A stretch of 64,000 nt of DNA from assembly GCA_052327205.1 (NCBI GenBank), contig CM126217.1, positions 38,750,001 to 38,814,000 on the forward strand. The letters are read 5' to 3'. Below, piece by piece: positions 46,770-58,051 of the stretch. The number at the start of each line of letters is the position of its first letter. Within the stretch, counting starts at the first letter, position 1. Source of the stretch: Somniosus microcephalus (taxonomy: Eukaryota). The notes beneath the pieces are model-generated. The model did no database searches. It had not been told where the DNA came from and was given only the letters and a program-made list of their open reading frames with translations. Made by a program: the position numbers and the translations under genes.

Positions 46770-49700
46770 TGTATGTATGAAGGGGACGGTCTACACCTGA
46801 ACTGTGAGGGAGCCGATGTCCTCGGGGTAATATTTTCTATGGCGGTTCGGGAGGATTTAAACTAATTTGGCAGGGGGATGGGAACCTAGGTAGTGGAAAA
46901 GAGGGAAGTCATATGAAGTCAGAAATAGATGGTAGAAAGGTGAGAAGCAATAAGCAAAGGAGAGAAACACAAAGGGCCAAACTAATTCATAATGAGAGTG
47001 TGAAAAAAGCAAGCCTGAAGGCTTTGTATCTTAATGCTAGAAGCATTAGGAACAAGGTGGATGAATTAGTTGTGGAAATAGAGGTAAACAAGTATGATTT
47101 GATTGGGATTACAGAAACGTGGCTGCAGGGTGGGCAAGGCTGGGAACTTAACATCCAGGGATATACAATATTTAGGAAGGATCGGCAAAAAGGTAGGGGA
47201 GGTGGGGTAGCATTGCTGGTAAAGGAGGGGATTAATGCAATGGAAAGGAAGGATATTAACTCGGATGAAACGGAATCTGTATGGGTAGAAATGAGAAATA
47301 GCAAGGGGAGGAAAACGTTAGTGGGTGTGATATATAGGCCTCCAAATAGTAATATGGAGGTGAGGGAAGGCATAAAAAGGGAAATTAGAGAAGCGTGCGA
47401 TAAGAGCACAGCTGTCATCATGGGTGACTTTAATTTACATATTGATTGGACTACCCAAATTAGTAAAAATTCTGAGGAGGAGGAATTCCTGGAATGTTTT
47501 CGGGACGGTTATCTGGACCAATATGTCGAGGAGCCGACTCGAGATCAGGCCATTTTAGACTGGGTATTGTGCAATGAGAAGGGACTTATCAGCAATCTTC
47601 TTGTACGAGGCCCCTTGGGTCAGAGCGATCATAATATGATCGAGCTCTCAGTCGAGATGGAGAGTGAGGAAATTGAATCAGAGACTAAGGTCCAGAACTT
47701 AAATAAAGGGAATTACGAGGGTATGAGACGGGAATTGGGTAAGATTGATTGGGTGGTGTTTCTGGGGGGATTGACAGTGGATAGACAATGGCAAGCATTC
47801 AAAGATAGAATGGAAGAATTCCAGAACATGTTTATACCGGTTTGGCATAAAAATAAACCTAAAAAGGTGACTCAACCGTGGATAACGAGGGAAATTAGGG
47901 ACAGCATAAAATCAAAAAAAAGGGCATATCAACTGGCAAAAAAAAGCACCAGACCGGAAGATTGGGGACAGTACAGGATACAGCAAAAGAGGACAAAGGG
48001 ATTAATCAGGAAGGGGAAAATAGAATACGAAAGTAAACTTGCAGCAAACATAAAGACAGACTGCAAAAGCTTTTATCGGTATATCAGGAGGAAAAGACTG
48101 GTAAAATCCCAAGTCGGTCCCTTGCAGTCCGATTCGGGAGAATATATAATGGAGAATAAGGAAATGGCAGACCAATTAAACTCATACTTTGGTTCTGTAT
48201 TCACAAAGGAGGACACAAATAACCTCCCAGGAATATCGGCAAACATAGGGACTAATGAGAGGGAGGAGCTGACAGAAATTAGTATCTCTAGGGATATGGT
48301 GTTGGGTAAGTTGAGGGGACTGAAGGCCGACAAATCCCCGGGGCCTGATAAACTACATCCTAGGGTACTTAAGGAGGTGGCCCTGGAGATAGCAGATGCT
48401 CTAAGGATCATCTTCCGGAACTCCATTGACTCGGGAACAGTACCCGTGGATTGGAGGGTAGCTAATGTTACCCCAATATTTAAAAAGGGGGGTAGAGAGA
48501 AAGCAGGGAATTATAGACCAGTAAGCCTTACATCGGTTGTGGGCAAAATGCTAGAGTCCATTATTAAGGATAAAATAGCGGAGCACTTGACAAATGGGGA
48601 AAGGATCGGACAGAGTCAACATGGATTTACAAAGGGTAAATCGTGTTTGACTAATCTGCTGGAATTTTTTGAGGAGGTAACTGGTAGAATAGATGGGGGA
48701 GAGCCAGTGGATGTGGTGTACCTTGACTTCCAGAAAGCCTTCGATAAGGTTCCACACAAAAGATTATCATGCAAAATTAAGGCTCATGGGATTGGGGGCA
48801 AAGTATTAACGTGGATAGAGAACTGGCTGGCAGATAGAAAACAGAGAGTTGGAATAAACGGCTCGTTTTCGGAGTGGCAGGCAGTGACCAGCGGGGTGCC
48901 GCAAGGATCTGTCCTGGGACCCCAGCTGTTCACAATATATATAAATGATCTGGATCAGGGAATTGGATGCAATATTTCCAAATTCGCTGACGACACTAAA
49001 CTAGGAGGAGGGGTGGGCTCTGATGAGGATGTCAGGAGGCTACAGTGCGATTTGGACAGGTTGGGGGAATGGGCGGATACGTGGCAGATGCACTATAATG
49101 TGGATAAATGCGAGGTTATCCACTTTGGGGGTAAAAACAGGAGGGTAGATTATTATCTAAATGGCAATAGATTGGGAGATGGGGAAGTGCAGAGGGACCT
49201 GGGTGTTCTTGTGCACCAGTCACTGAAGGAGAGCATGCAGGTGCAACAGGCGATTAAGAAGGCAAATGGTATGTTGGCCTTCATATCAAGGGGGTTCGAG
49301 TATAGGAATAGGGATACCTTACTACAGCTGTACAAGGTGCTGGTGAGACCGCATCTGGAGTATTGTGTCCAGTTTTGGTCGCCCCATCTGCGGAAGGATG
49401 TTCTTGCCATGGAAAGAGTGCAACGGCGATTCACCAGGCTGATACCTGGAATGGCGGGAATGACCTACGAAGAGAGATTAAATAGTTTGGGCTTGTACTC
49501 ACTGGAGTTTAGAAGATTGAGAGGGGATCTCATCGAAACATATAAAATTATGGCAGGCCTGGACAGGCTGAATTCAGAGAGAATGTTTCCAATGGCCGGG
49601 GAGCACAGAACCAGGGGCCACAGTCTAAAAATAGCGGGCAAATCATTTAAAACAGAGATGAGGAAGAATTTCTTCACTCAAAGAGTGGTGAGCCTGTGGA

Positions 49701-49942
49701 ATTCCCTGCCACAGAGGGCTGTGAAGGCTAATTCAATAAATATTTTCAAGAGAGAATTGGATATATTTCTGAAGGCTAAGGGGATTAAGGGTTACGGAGA
49801 AAAGGCGGGGACGGGGTACTGAACTGGTAAGATCAGCTATGATCTCAGACGAAGATCAGCCATGATCTCATTGAATGGCGGAGCAGGCTCGAAGGGCCGA
49901 ATGGCCTACTCCTGTTCCTATCTCTATGTATCTATGTATCTA
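46770..49942 (+). mobile_element. Young CR1 LINE, 5'-truncated within the end of ORF1
   Basis: ORF1 C-terminus (DGLHLN...AVREDLN*) to 46865, intact ORF2, and a 3' UTR with a duplicated aagatcagcYatgatctca and (TCTATGTA)n tail. Confidence 0.93.
46913..49822 (+). CDS. CR1 ORF2 (APE endonuclease + reverse transcriptase), intact 969 aa
   Basis: NARSI, ITETW, MGDFN, SDHN; [23 protein letters not shown]. Confidence 0.95.
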   Translation: MKSEIDGRKVRSNKQRRETQRAKLIHNESVKKASLKALYLNARSIRNKVDELVVEIEVNKYDLIGITETWLQGGQGWELNIQGYTIFRKDRQKGRGGGVALLVKEGINAMERKDINSDETESVWVEMRNSKGRKTLVGVIYRPPNSNMEVREGIKREIREACDKSTAVIMGDFNLHIDWTTQISKNSEEEEFLECFRDGYLDQYVEEPTRDQAILDWVLCNEKGLISNLLVRGPLGQSDHNMIELSVEMESEEIESETKVQNLNKGNYEGMRRELGKIDWVVFLGGLTVDRQWQAFKDRMEEFQNMFIPVWHKNKPKKVTQPWITREIRDSIKSKKRAYQLAKKSTRPEDWGQYRIQQKRTKGLIRKGKIEYESKLAANIKTDCKSFYRYIRRKRLVKSQVGPLQSDSGEYIMENKEMADQLNSYFGSVFTKEDTNNLPGISANIGTNEREELTEISISRDMVLGKLRGLKADKSPGPDKLHPRVLKEVALEIADALRIIFRNSIDSGTVPVDWRVANVTPIFKKGGREKAGNYRPVSLTSVVGKMLESIIKDKIAEHLTNGERIGQSQHGFTKGKSCLTNLLEFFEEVTGRIDGGEPVDVVYLDFQKAFDKVPHKRLSCKIKAHGIGGKVLTWIENWLADRKQRVGINGSFSEWQAVTSGVPQGSVLGPQLFTIYINDLDQGIGCNISKFADDTKLGGGVGSDEDVRRLQCDLDRLGEWADTWQMHYNVDKCEVIHFGGKNRRVDYYLNGNRLGDGEVQRDLGVLVHQSLKESMQVQQAIKKANGMLAFISRGFEYRNRDTLLQLYKVLVRPHLEYCVQFWSPHLRKDVLAMERVQRRFTRLIPGMAGMTYEERLNSLGLYSLEFRRLRGDLIETYKIMAGLDRLNSERMFPMAGEHRTRGHSLKIAGKSFKTEMRKNFFTQRVVSLWNSLPQRAVKANSINIFKRELDIFLKAKGIKGYGEKAGTGY

Positions 49943-50462
49943 AGATATGCTTCATTTGAGGAGATTGATATTAATTAGAGACTATTAAATGACACAATCA
50001 TATTAGACAATGATTTATGATAAGTGCAGATGATAATGTATAGTAAACAGTACCTATCCATAGTTGTACAATTTTTAATTGAATACAGCCTCCCATATTT
50101 CATTGTCACAAATTTAACTTGCAACTTTTCCAAAATTTGCAAGCTGTTTTTGTAATACATGTACTTACTAGAGTCAGACAACTGATTACAATGTAATCTT
50201 GCATTTCTTTTTATTCCCATTGTTCCCTTTGTGCCCTTATATTGTTGTGGCCCATCGTTTCCTTACCAGCATTTTCCGTATCAGCAAGTGGTCCCATCGT
50301 TGGTCATATTGTCACAAGAAGATTATCAAGCAGAGGTTTTCCTCACAGGGAAAATATAAAAATCAGAGAATGAGTTGTATTGAGCATTCTCATCCACCCC
50401 CTATTGAGCTTGTTATGAAGTAGCATCCCCATTGGTTTGGGAGCAGGTTGCCAGTGTGTTAT

Positions 50463-53209
50463 TGTTGTGTCTCAAGGGGTTTTATACCCTTACCTATATA
50501 ACAATTAAGAAGGACTCCGGGGTGGAGAGTTTAGTTAATGGCCATTTTATTTACAATGTGCTTCTTCACTCAATGCACTACATTTCCCATAGTGCATTGC
50601 AAATCACCACTACGGTATCCCATGTGGGACCATTCTAATACACATTCAAAATACACAACATATTTCCTCCCCCTTAAAATAGAATGTCCACAAAACAGAA
50701 TAACTGAAAATGACTATAACTTTGGAAGAGAGGGTAGACTGCCTCTACACTCCGCTAACCCTGGGGATTATTCTGCCCCATGCACACAGGTTGGCACTAA
50801 CTGTAACTAAGGCGCTCTGGAGGCTGCCTTTCTCTTTGGGGGTAACGCCTAGTCTCAGGAGCAGGCTCTGGCTGGCTCTCCCGTGACCCTGCAGGCGTGG
50901 CTTCCTCCCTCGATGGCACAAGAGTGGATGGTGCCACCGTCTCAGGGTCGGACAACCAGTCCCTGCTGGAGCCCCCAGCAGGTCCTTGATCCTCTGTTTC
51001 TTGGGTTACCTGTGGCGACTGTCTTGGCAGCAATTGGTCTACATGCCGTCTCCATGTTCGGTCGTCTCCGGTGCGGACTCAGTATGAAATGGGGCCCGTC
51101 TTTTGAATGACCGTAGCCGGGACCCACCGCTCCGGGGTGGTGTAGTTACGCACGAGGACTTTGCCCCCCACCACAAAGTGTCGTTCTTTGGACCTCTGAG
51201 CTCGTCTGCTGACTTGATCCTGCTGATTGGCATGCACCACTGCTTCTGTGGACGTTGGCCTCAGCAGGTCAAGGCGTGTCCGTAGCTGCCTTCCCATGAG
51301 TAGGTAAGCAGGAGATGCTCCAGTCGTAGCATGAGGCGTGTTTCGGTATTTCAGCAAGAAAGCATTCAGGCGCTGCTTTAGAGGAGCATCACTTCTTGCT
51401 GCTTTCAACGTGCGTTTCAGCATTCTGACAAATCTCTCCGCCAATCCATTCGTGGATGGATGATAAGGCGCGGAGAACGTGTGCTGGATTCCATTGCTCT
51501 TGAGGAACTTCTCCATCTCCTGGGATGTGAACTGTGTTCCATTGTCGGTTACGATCTGCTCCGGCAGACCAAATCGCCCGAACATCTCTCTCAGAGACTC
51601 GATGGTTTTCTCCGTAGTGGTAGTGGACATTACTGCAACCTCCGGCCATTTGGAATGGGAGTCCACCGCGACCAGGAACATCGCTCCTTCCACTGGTCCC
51701 GCGAAGTCCAGATGGATCCATTGCCACGGTGTCACCGGCCATTCCCATGGATGCAGTGGCGCTGCTCTTGGCGTATCCCTGGTTGTCTCGCATGATGGGC
51801 ATAATTTCGCTTCAACTTCAATTTCATGATCCAGACCGGGCCACCAGAAGTAGCTTCGTGCCAGCTCCTTCATCCGGACAATACCACAATGTCCTGAGTA
51901 CAGCTCGTTGAGGACATGTTTCCGCAGCTTTGGTGGTATGATCACTTGCATGCCCCAAAGGAGGCATCCTGACGTGACAGACAACTCCTTCCCTCTTGAC
52001 AGGTAAGGTAGGAGCTCAGGTGGTGCGTCTGACACCCGTGATCCGTCTCCTCGCATCACCCGATCCAGCACCTTGGATAGCGTAGGGTCCACTCTGGTCT
52101 CTTTCTTGACCTGCCGCGCCGTGACAGGGGCATTGCTCACCATGTCAAAGTAGAAAATCTTCTGCTCACAGCCTTCAGAGGGCACAGGCAGCGGAAGTCT
52201 TGACAATCCGTCCGCATTGCCATGTGCTGCTGACCTCCGGTATTTGATGTTGTAATTGTGAGCACTTAACATCAGCGCCCAGTGCTGCATCCTGCACGCT
52301 GCCAGGGAGGGTATTCCTGTGTGTGGATCAAAGATCGATGTCAGAGGACGATGATCTGTCAGCAAGGTGAATTTCCTGCCGAACAAGTAGTGATGGAACT
52401 TTTTGATTCCAAAGATGATGCCCAAAGCCTCTTTTTCGATCTGCGGGTATTTCACCTCCGCCTTGCTCAGGGACCTTGACGCGAATGCAATTGGCTTCTC
52501 TTCGCCTGAGGGAAAGATGTGGGACACGACCGCGCCGACGCCATAAGACGACGTGTCACAGGCCAGCTGAATCTGCAACGACGGGTCAAAGTGCGTCAAC
52601 ACTCAGGGGTCAGTCAAAGCTGCTTTGGCTTTCTTGAATGCAGCTTCACACTCCTTCGTCCACGCCCAGGCCTTGCCCTGACACAGCAACTCATGTAATG
52701 GCTTCAACAGTGATGCCAGCTGTGGAATAAACTTTCCGTAATAGTTCAGGAGACCTAAGAATGACCGCAGCTGGCCGACATTTGTAGGTGCAGGAGCGTC
52801 GGCAATGGCTTTCACTTTCAACGGTGCTGTGTGTAGGCCGTCCGCGTCGATGACATGGCCTAGGTACTCCACTGATGGCTTGAAAAATTCGCATTTGTCC
52901 TTGCGAACTCGTAAGCCATATTCTTCAAGTCTTCCCAGTGTCTTTGTCAGGTTCTGCAGATGCTCGTTGTCGTCCTTTCCTGTGACAAGGATATCATCGA
53001 GATAACATTGTACCCCTGGAATGCCACTTAAGATCTGGTCCATAGCCCGCTGAAACAATGCTGGTGCTGACGTTATACCAAAGGGTAGGCAGCAGTACCT
53101 GTAGAGGCCCTTGTGGGTGGTGATGGTGAGGTACTTCTGTGAGTCCTCTTCTACATGCATCTGCAAGTAGGCTTGGCATAGATCTAATACACATTCAAAA
53201 TACACAACA
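50463..53209 (-). mobile_element. Ty3/Gypsy element with a large internal deletion (27 nt of 5' LTR fused to RT); complete 198-bp 3' LTR at 50463-50660
   Basis: Perfect 5-bp TSD GTTAT (50458-50462 / 53210-53214); LTR TGTTGTGT...ACACAACA; PPT at ~50661-50676. RT-RH-IN has in-frame TGA stops at 52603 and 51079. Confidence 0.93.
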
Positions 53210-53419
53210 GTTATCATGGCTGGGGAATTGTATGGGACACAATCGGAATCTGGTGATCTTCTTATAATGAGATTTAGGAAAATCCCCATATAGAGCCATC
53301 AAATCTGAAGCAGTTCTGACTATCACAACTTAAGGTAATGGTAGTGTGGGCCAATTTTCTGTGCCCAGTATAACAGAGATTAAAATATTCAATGTGCTTC
53401 GCTACTGCTGTTGGTATTA

Positions 53420-53830
53420 GTTCACTAAGATCAGCTCCCCAATCGCTTAGAGGATGAATGCACCATCCACTGTGGTACTCAGCCATATAGAGAAAGAAGG
53501 TTCCAGATCTGATCCTTGGTCTGTGCTGAGTTGATGTTTGCACTTACAGCGCTGCAATTGGCTTTGGGAAGAGTAAAATTAACTATGATTCCTGCAACTG
53601 ATCCCTATTCAGCGATCCCTGCACATGTGAACGTGAGTAAGGACAGGATTGTCTTGGCACTGATGACCTCTAAAGTCAATTAACCTGCTACACTCTCTGT
53701 GTAGGTTTCAAATGAAGGATGGAGATGGTACAAAATACCAGAGGATATTTTGGACCATTTTTGGAACTGTGTCCCAGCAAAAGTTGGCACCTTCAGGAGG
53801 GGAGGTTATAAAAGGAGAAAAAATTGGAAA
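53420..53830 (+). mobile_element. Near full-length LF-SINE-like element
   Basis: ggtctgtgctgagtt...gctgcaattggc...ggacaggatt...tgaaggatgg...ccttcaggaggggagg...aaaattgg follows the recalled LF-SINE consensus order. Confidence 0.6.
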
Positions 53831-54480
53831 AAAGCAACAAGGGCCTGAAGGGAAATGCAAAATATATTTTAAATGGGAATATGAAAGCTATATCCCCCAA
53901 AACTGAAGCAAAAAGGATTTTTTGTGACTGCTGTTGCTTGGATATGCATTTTGGACCATTTGTTTAGACTATTATTAAAACAAACAGTTAGTGGGCCAAT
54001 AACCAAACGATCCTCGTCCTTGATCTTTCTGATTTCTTAAAAGTGATTACTATTGCATTTGTGTTGCAACAGCCTATGAGGTATTCTTTTGTGAAGTGTT
54101 ATTCTTGTGACTAACTAAAGCTTGCCATTGGGTTAGTGACATTACTGACACATTTAAAATCCCTGTGCTTGGGAGCTTAAAATCCCTGTACTAGTAACAT
54201 CAATGGTTATACAACCATCAATCCAAGGTGCTTCAACCACCATGTCATTTCAGTGATGTGCTCATTAATTCAACTCCCTCACTTACATAGAACTACATTG
54301 AATTTACAGCACAGAAACAGGCCATTTGACCCAACAGGTGTTTATGCTCCACACAAGCCTCCTCCCACCTAAGTTCATCCTATCTTTCTCCCTGATGTAC
54401 TTATCAAGTTGCCCTTTCAATGCATTTATGCTATTCACCCCAATAACTCCATGTGGTAACAGGTTCCATATTCTAACCAC

Positions 54481-54856
54481 TGGGGTATGGTAACATTGTG
54501 GTTATGTTACTGGACTAGTAATTCAGGGGCCTGGACTAAGGATCCAGAGACATGAATTCAAATCTCACCATTTGAGATGAGTGAGGGGAATTTAAATTCA
54601 GTTAATTAAATAAATCTGGAATAAAAAATTAGCATCAGTAATGGTGACCATGAAACGACTGGATTGTTGTAAAAACCCATCTGGTTCACTAATGTCCTTT
54701 AGGGAAGGAAATCTGCCGTCCTTACCCGGTCTGGCCTATATGTGACTCCAGACCCACAGCAATGTGCTTGACTCTTAACTGCAAGGGCAATTAAGAATGG
54801 GCAATAAATGCTGGCCTTGCCAATGACACCCACATCCCATGAATGAATAAAAAAAA
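54481..54856 (+). mobile_element. tRNA-derived SINE with LINE-derived tail, nested in a CR1 3' fragment (~54285-55030, minus)
   Basis: tRNA-like head (gtggttatgttactggactagtaa...ttcaaatc), core aaaacccatctggttcactaatgtcctttagggaagg, tail gggcaataaatgctggccttgcc...gaataaaaaaaa. A degenerate minus copy lies at ~18655-18825. Confidence 0.75.
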
Positions 54857-57435
54857 CCTCTCTGAGTAAAGAAGTTTCTCTTGAATTATTTATTAGTGAC
54901 TATCTTATATTTATGGCCCCCACAAGTGGAAACATCTTCTCTACGTCTACCCTATCAAACCCCTTCATAATTTTAAAGACCTCTATCAGGTCAACTTCTC
55001 CTTTCTGGAGAAAAGAGCTCCAGTCTGTTCATTGGGATCAATAGCTCCTCGCTCCAGAAAGTGATGGTGGCAGGATTCACTATTTAAATAATATTGTTTT
55101 AAAAATCAACAGAAACAAGAGCTTGGATGATGCAATGGATTGGACATGTCTTCACTTCTGGGGCCTGTGCCTGAATTCAGACCAGATCAATGGCACGGAC
55201 CTCTCTCTCTGTGGCTGTAGGAGTCCTAAATGAAGTGATTTGGGGACATCAGTTCCAAGTCCACAACACAGAACTGTGTTAATTAGCATTCAATTGATAC
55301 TCTAATAGGCCGGTGATAAGAATGCCTGATGAGAATATTATCTCACTGGTGCAGTGGAAGGTGTTGCTCTGAGGTAGTGGTTAAAGCACATTGTTGGGCA
55401 GAGATAGGGAGCTTTACTTTGCTATGACTGACCTGGAAGTACTTGATATGGACACAAAGTAGAAAAATGTAATATTCTGTTCCTCAGCAATGATATTTGT
55501 TATATTAATGGGAACTAAATAATACACAAGTACCAGAAATAGACAGAGAATACACTGATAGTCTCACCACATGAAACAAGAGAGCATGATCTAAATCAAA
55601 AAGAGATGAACACTATTAGAATTACAGTACCACAGTTACTAGAGGTAGGTTTATTAGATGGGGATTGCTGAATTCTAATACAATTATCTCCAGTGACTCA
55701 TAGTAATGATTCAGGACCAGTGACTTAATGAAAATGTGTTCAGTTGACCTTTTTATGGTTTAAGGGGAAGATAAGCTCTGTGTCATTTCCATCACAAGGG
55801 TATAGTGTGAACGATACACTTCATTGAATTCAGCACCATCACGTATTGTGCTTGTAGAGAACAAAAGGTTGTCCATCATAAAGATGATTGGAACTTATGA
55901 GGCTTGAGAGGGGAGTTGTTGGAGAATGGGTGCACAAACATCCACTCGCTTATTCAAGAATTAGTAACCTATCGTGATTGGGTAGCAGCAAAGCCAGCTA
56001 TTGCTGCTGAAACGCTGCATCTGATGGAGTCTGGGGTTTGTCCATTCTACGGTCAGAGCGACAATGAGTTGTGCTGCCACGCTGGAGGGATTTCCTGCTG
56101 TCCACTTAGTAAGGGCTCACAACCATGCTATTTAGATGTTCCATGACCATTTAGTGACTTTCCTCCATGGAGGAGAGGTAAAAGGGGTCTCTATAGTTTA
56201 GTTGGTTCCAAGAGAACGCACCTGACGATGGGAAATTAGAACCGACGTCCCCTGTAGCGGACTCGGTTATCAAGTACCTCGATCAGGTAGGTTCAGTGTA
56301 CTTCACCAGTGCTGTTGATAATTAACCAGCACATCGACTCCTTGATGGGACTTCGATATACAATTTTTCTGTTTATGGCTCGGAAGCACCGTGGTATATT
56401 TTTGCTATGTTAAAGACGCTATATAAATGCAAGTTATTGTTCTAGAGGGGCTGGCCTGTTGCTCGGGATAGGATTTTTCCCACTTAGCTTTGGATAACCC
56501 TGTAAGCCAGTGCCCTCTGTGGGCAAGTGGTCATAGCAAGATAAGCAGCGGGAAGCTTACCAGTGCTGTGTGTTGGTGAGCTGTGCAATGTTGGCTGGTA
56601 CAGCTTCAGTAGTACCTCTTGTGTACACGTGGGGTCTCTAAGTCTTTGCTCTTGCCAACCTATGCTAAATTCCCTGGCTGTAGGTCAATAAAGGGTGTCC
56701 CTATGGAGAGATTGTGCACTCCATGCCAGGGTGTTAGATACGCTACTTACGAGGATTTCTGCATGATGATGGGGTTCTGTGCCGGTCAGACACCTTGCTG
56801 ACCAAATAAAATGCAGGTTGGGTTCTTGATCTTCATTCAAACAAATTGGTTTATAGCAAGAGTGTTTAGGAATATACCACATGGATCATCATTTTCACAC
56901 AGCTCTAAGATGCTGTCATCTTTATTTTAATTCCCCGGCTGAATTTCTCCCCTTCTTTCTTGAAGACATTGACCCATGCTGGGGGCATCTTCCATGTTCC
57001 AATGGTTGCAGAACCTTTCTGGTACATCCCACAAATGGCCATTCTCCATGCCATGTGTGATAGTGAGTGTCAGCAGCCGATGCAAATCATGGGGAGCCTA
57101 GTATCATCCTGATTCCTGTTCTCAGCAGATGTTTAAACAAACACACTTTCCAGACTCACTAGATAGCAATCTGGAGTGGGTACTCTTGCTTATTTTTCAC
57201 TTTTCTTGCTCAGATGTGCTGAGTCCAATTGTAGTGCTTCATCTCCTGCCCTGGTTGAGATTGGCAACATGGCACAGCTTAGGAAATGAACCTGGGATGG
57301 TCTAGTTTGTGTGGCTTGCTGCTACACTCAGAGCTTTCTTTACCCACTAGGCTATCGGGGAGTTATTTTTTAAGCAGAGTGTATGGTGCAGAACATGCAT
57401 TCATAAGTTACCTGCAGCCAAGCCATGCAGTATCA

Positions 57436-57674
57436 CAATAGCAAAATACTGTGGATGCTGGAAATCTGAAATAACAACAGAAAATGCTGGAAATACTCAG
57501 CAGGCCAGGCAGCATCCGTGGAGAGAGAAACAGAGTTAACGTTTCAGGTCTGGGACCCTTCATCAGAACTTATGATTCTGATGAAGTTCTGATGAAGGGT
57601 CCCAGACCTGAAACGTTAACTCTGTTTCTCTCTCCACGGATGCTGCCTGACCTGCTGAGTTTTTCCAGTGATTT
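57436..57674. mobile_element. Palindromic Penelope-like pLTR insert with 13-bp TSD
   Basis: ~85-bp near-perfect inverted arms. TSD CCATGCAGTATCA at 57423-57435 and 57675-57687. Confidence 0.85.
57585..57621 (+). ncRNA. Minimal type I hammerhead ribozyme motif (identical copy on minus strand 57534-57570)
   Basis: AGTT-CTGATGA-A-GGGTC-CCA-GACCT-GAAAC-GTT-AACT: core CUGAUGA and GAAA, helix I AGUU/AACU, helix II, palindromic AACGUU helix III. Confidence 0.7.
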
Positions 57675-58051
57675 CCATGCAGTATCATACTGGCCTAGCA
57701 AGTATCCCTTTCAACCGAGTGAGAATGTGATAATAAATTGAATATGGGTTATATTGTAGATGGGGATTAATAAATGATAATTATTACTTTTACCTTCAAC
57801 AATTTTTGATGTCAATATTTATTGTAATTTGTCAAATTGTGAGTTTAAATTTACAAAGTGGCTTTTCTGTGAGGTGTAAATAAGTGACTTATTTGGAATT
57901 CAATCACTGCTCATAAAACTGGATTGTTTGTTAAGGGGGCCTCCAATTAACATATTAAACATAGAAACATAGAAGATAGGAGCAGGAGTAGGCCATTCGG
58001 CCCCTCGAGCCTGCTCTGCCATTCAATGAGATCATGGCTGATCATCCAAAT

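Noticed and set aside
55790-56880. Possible decayed retroelement or exon
   Set aside because: Looks non-random, but I could not read any convincing motif in any frame; left unassigned.
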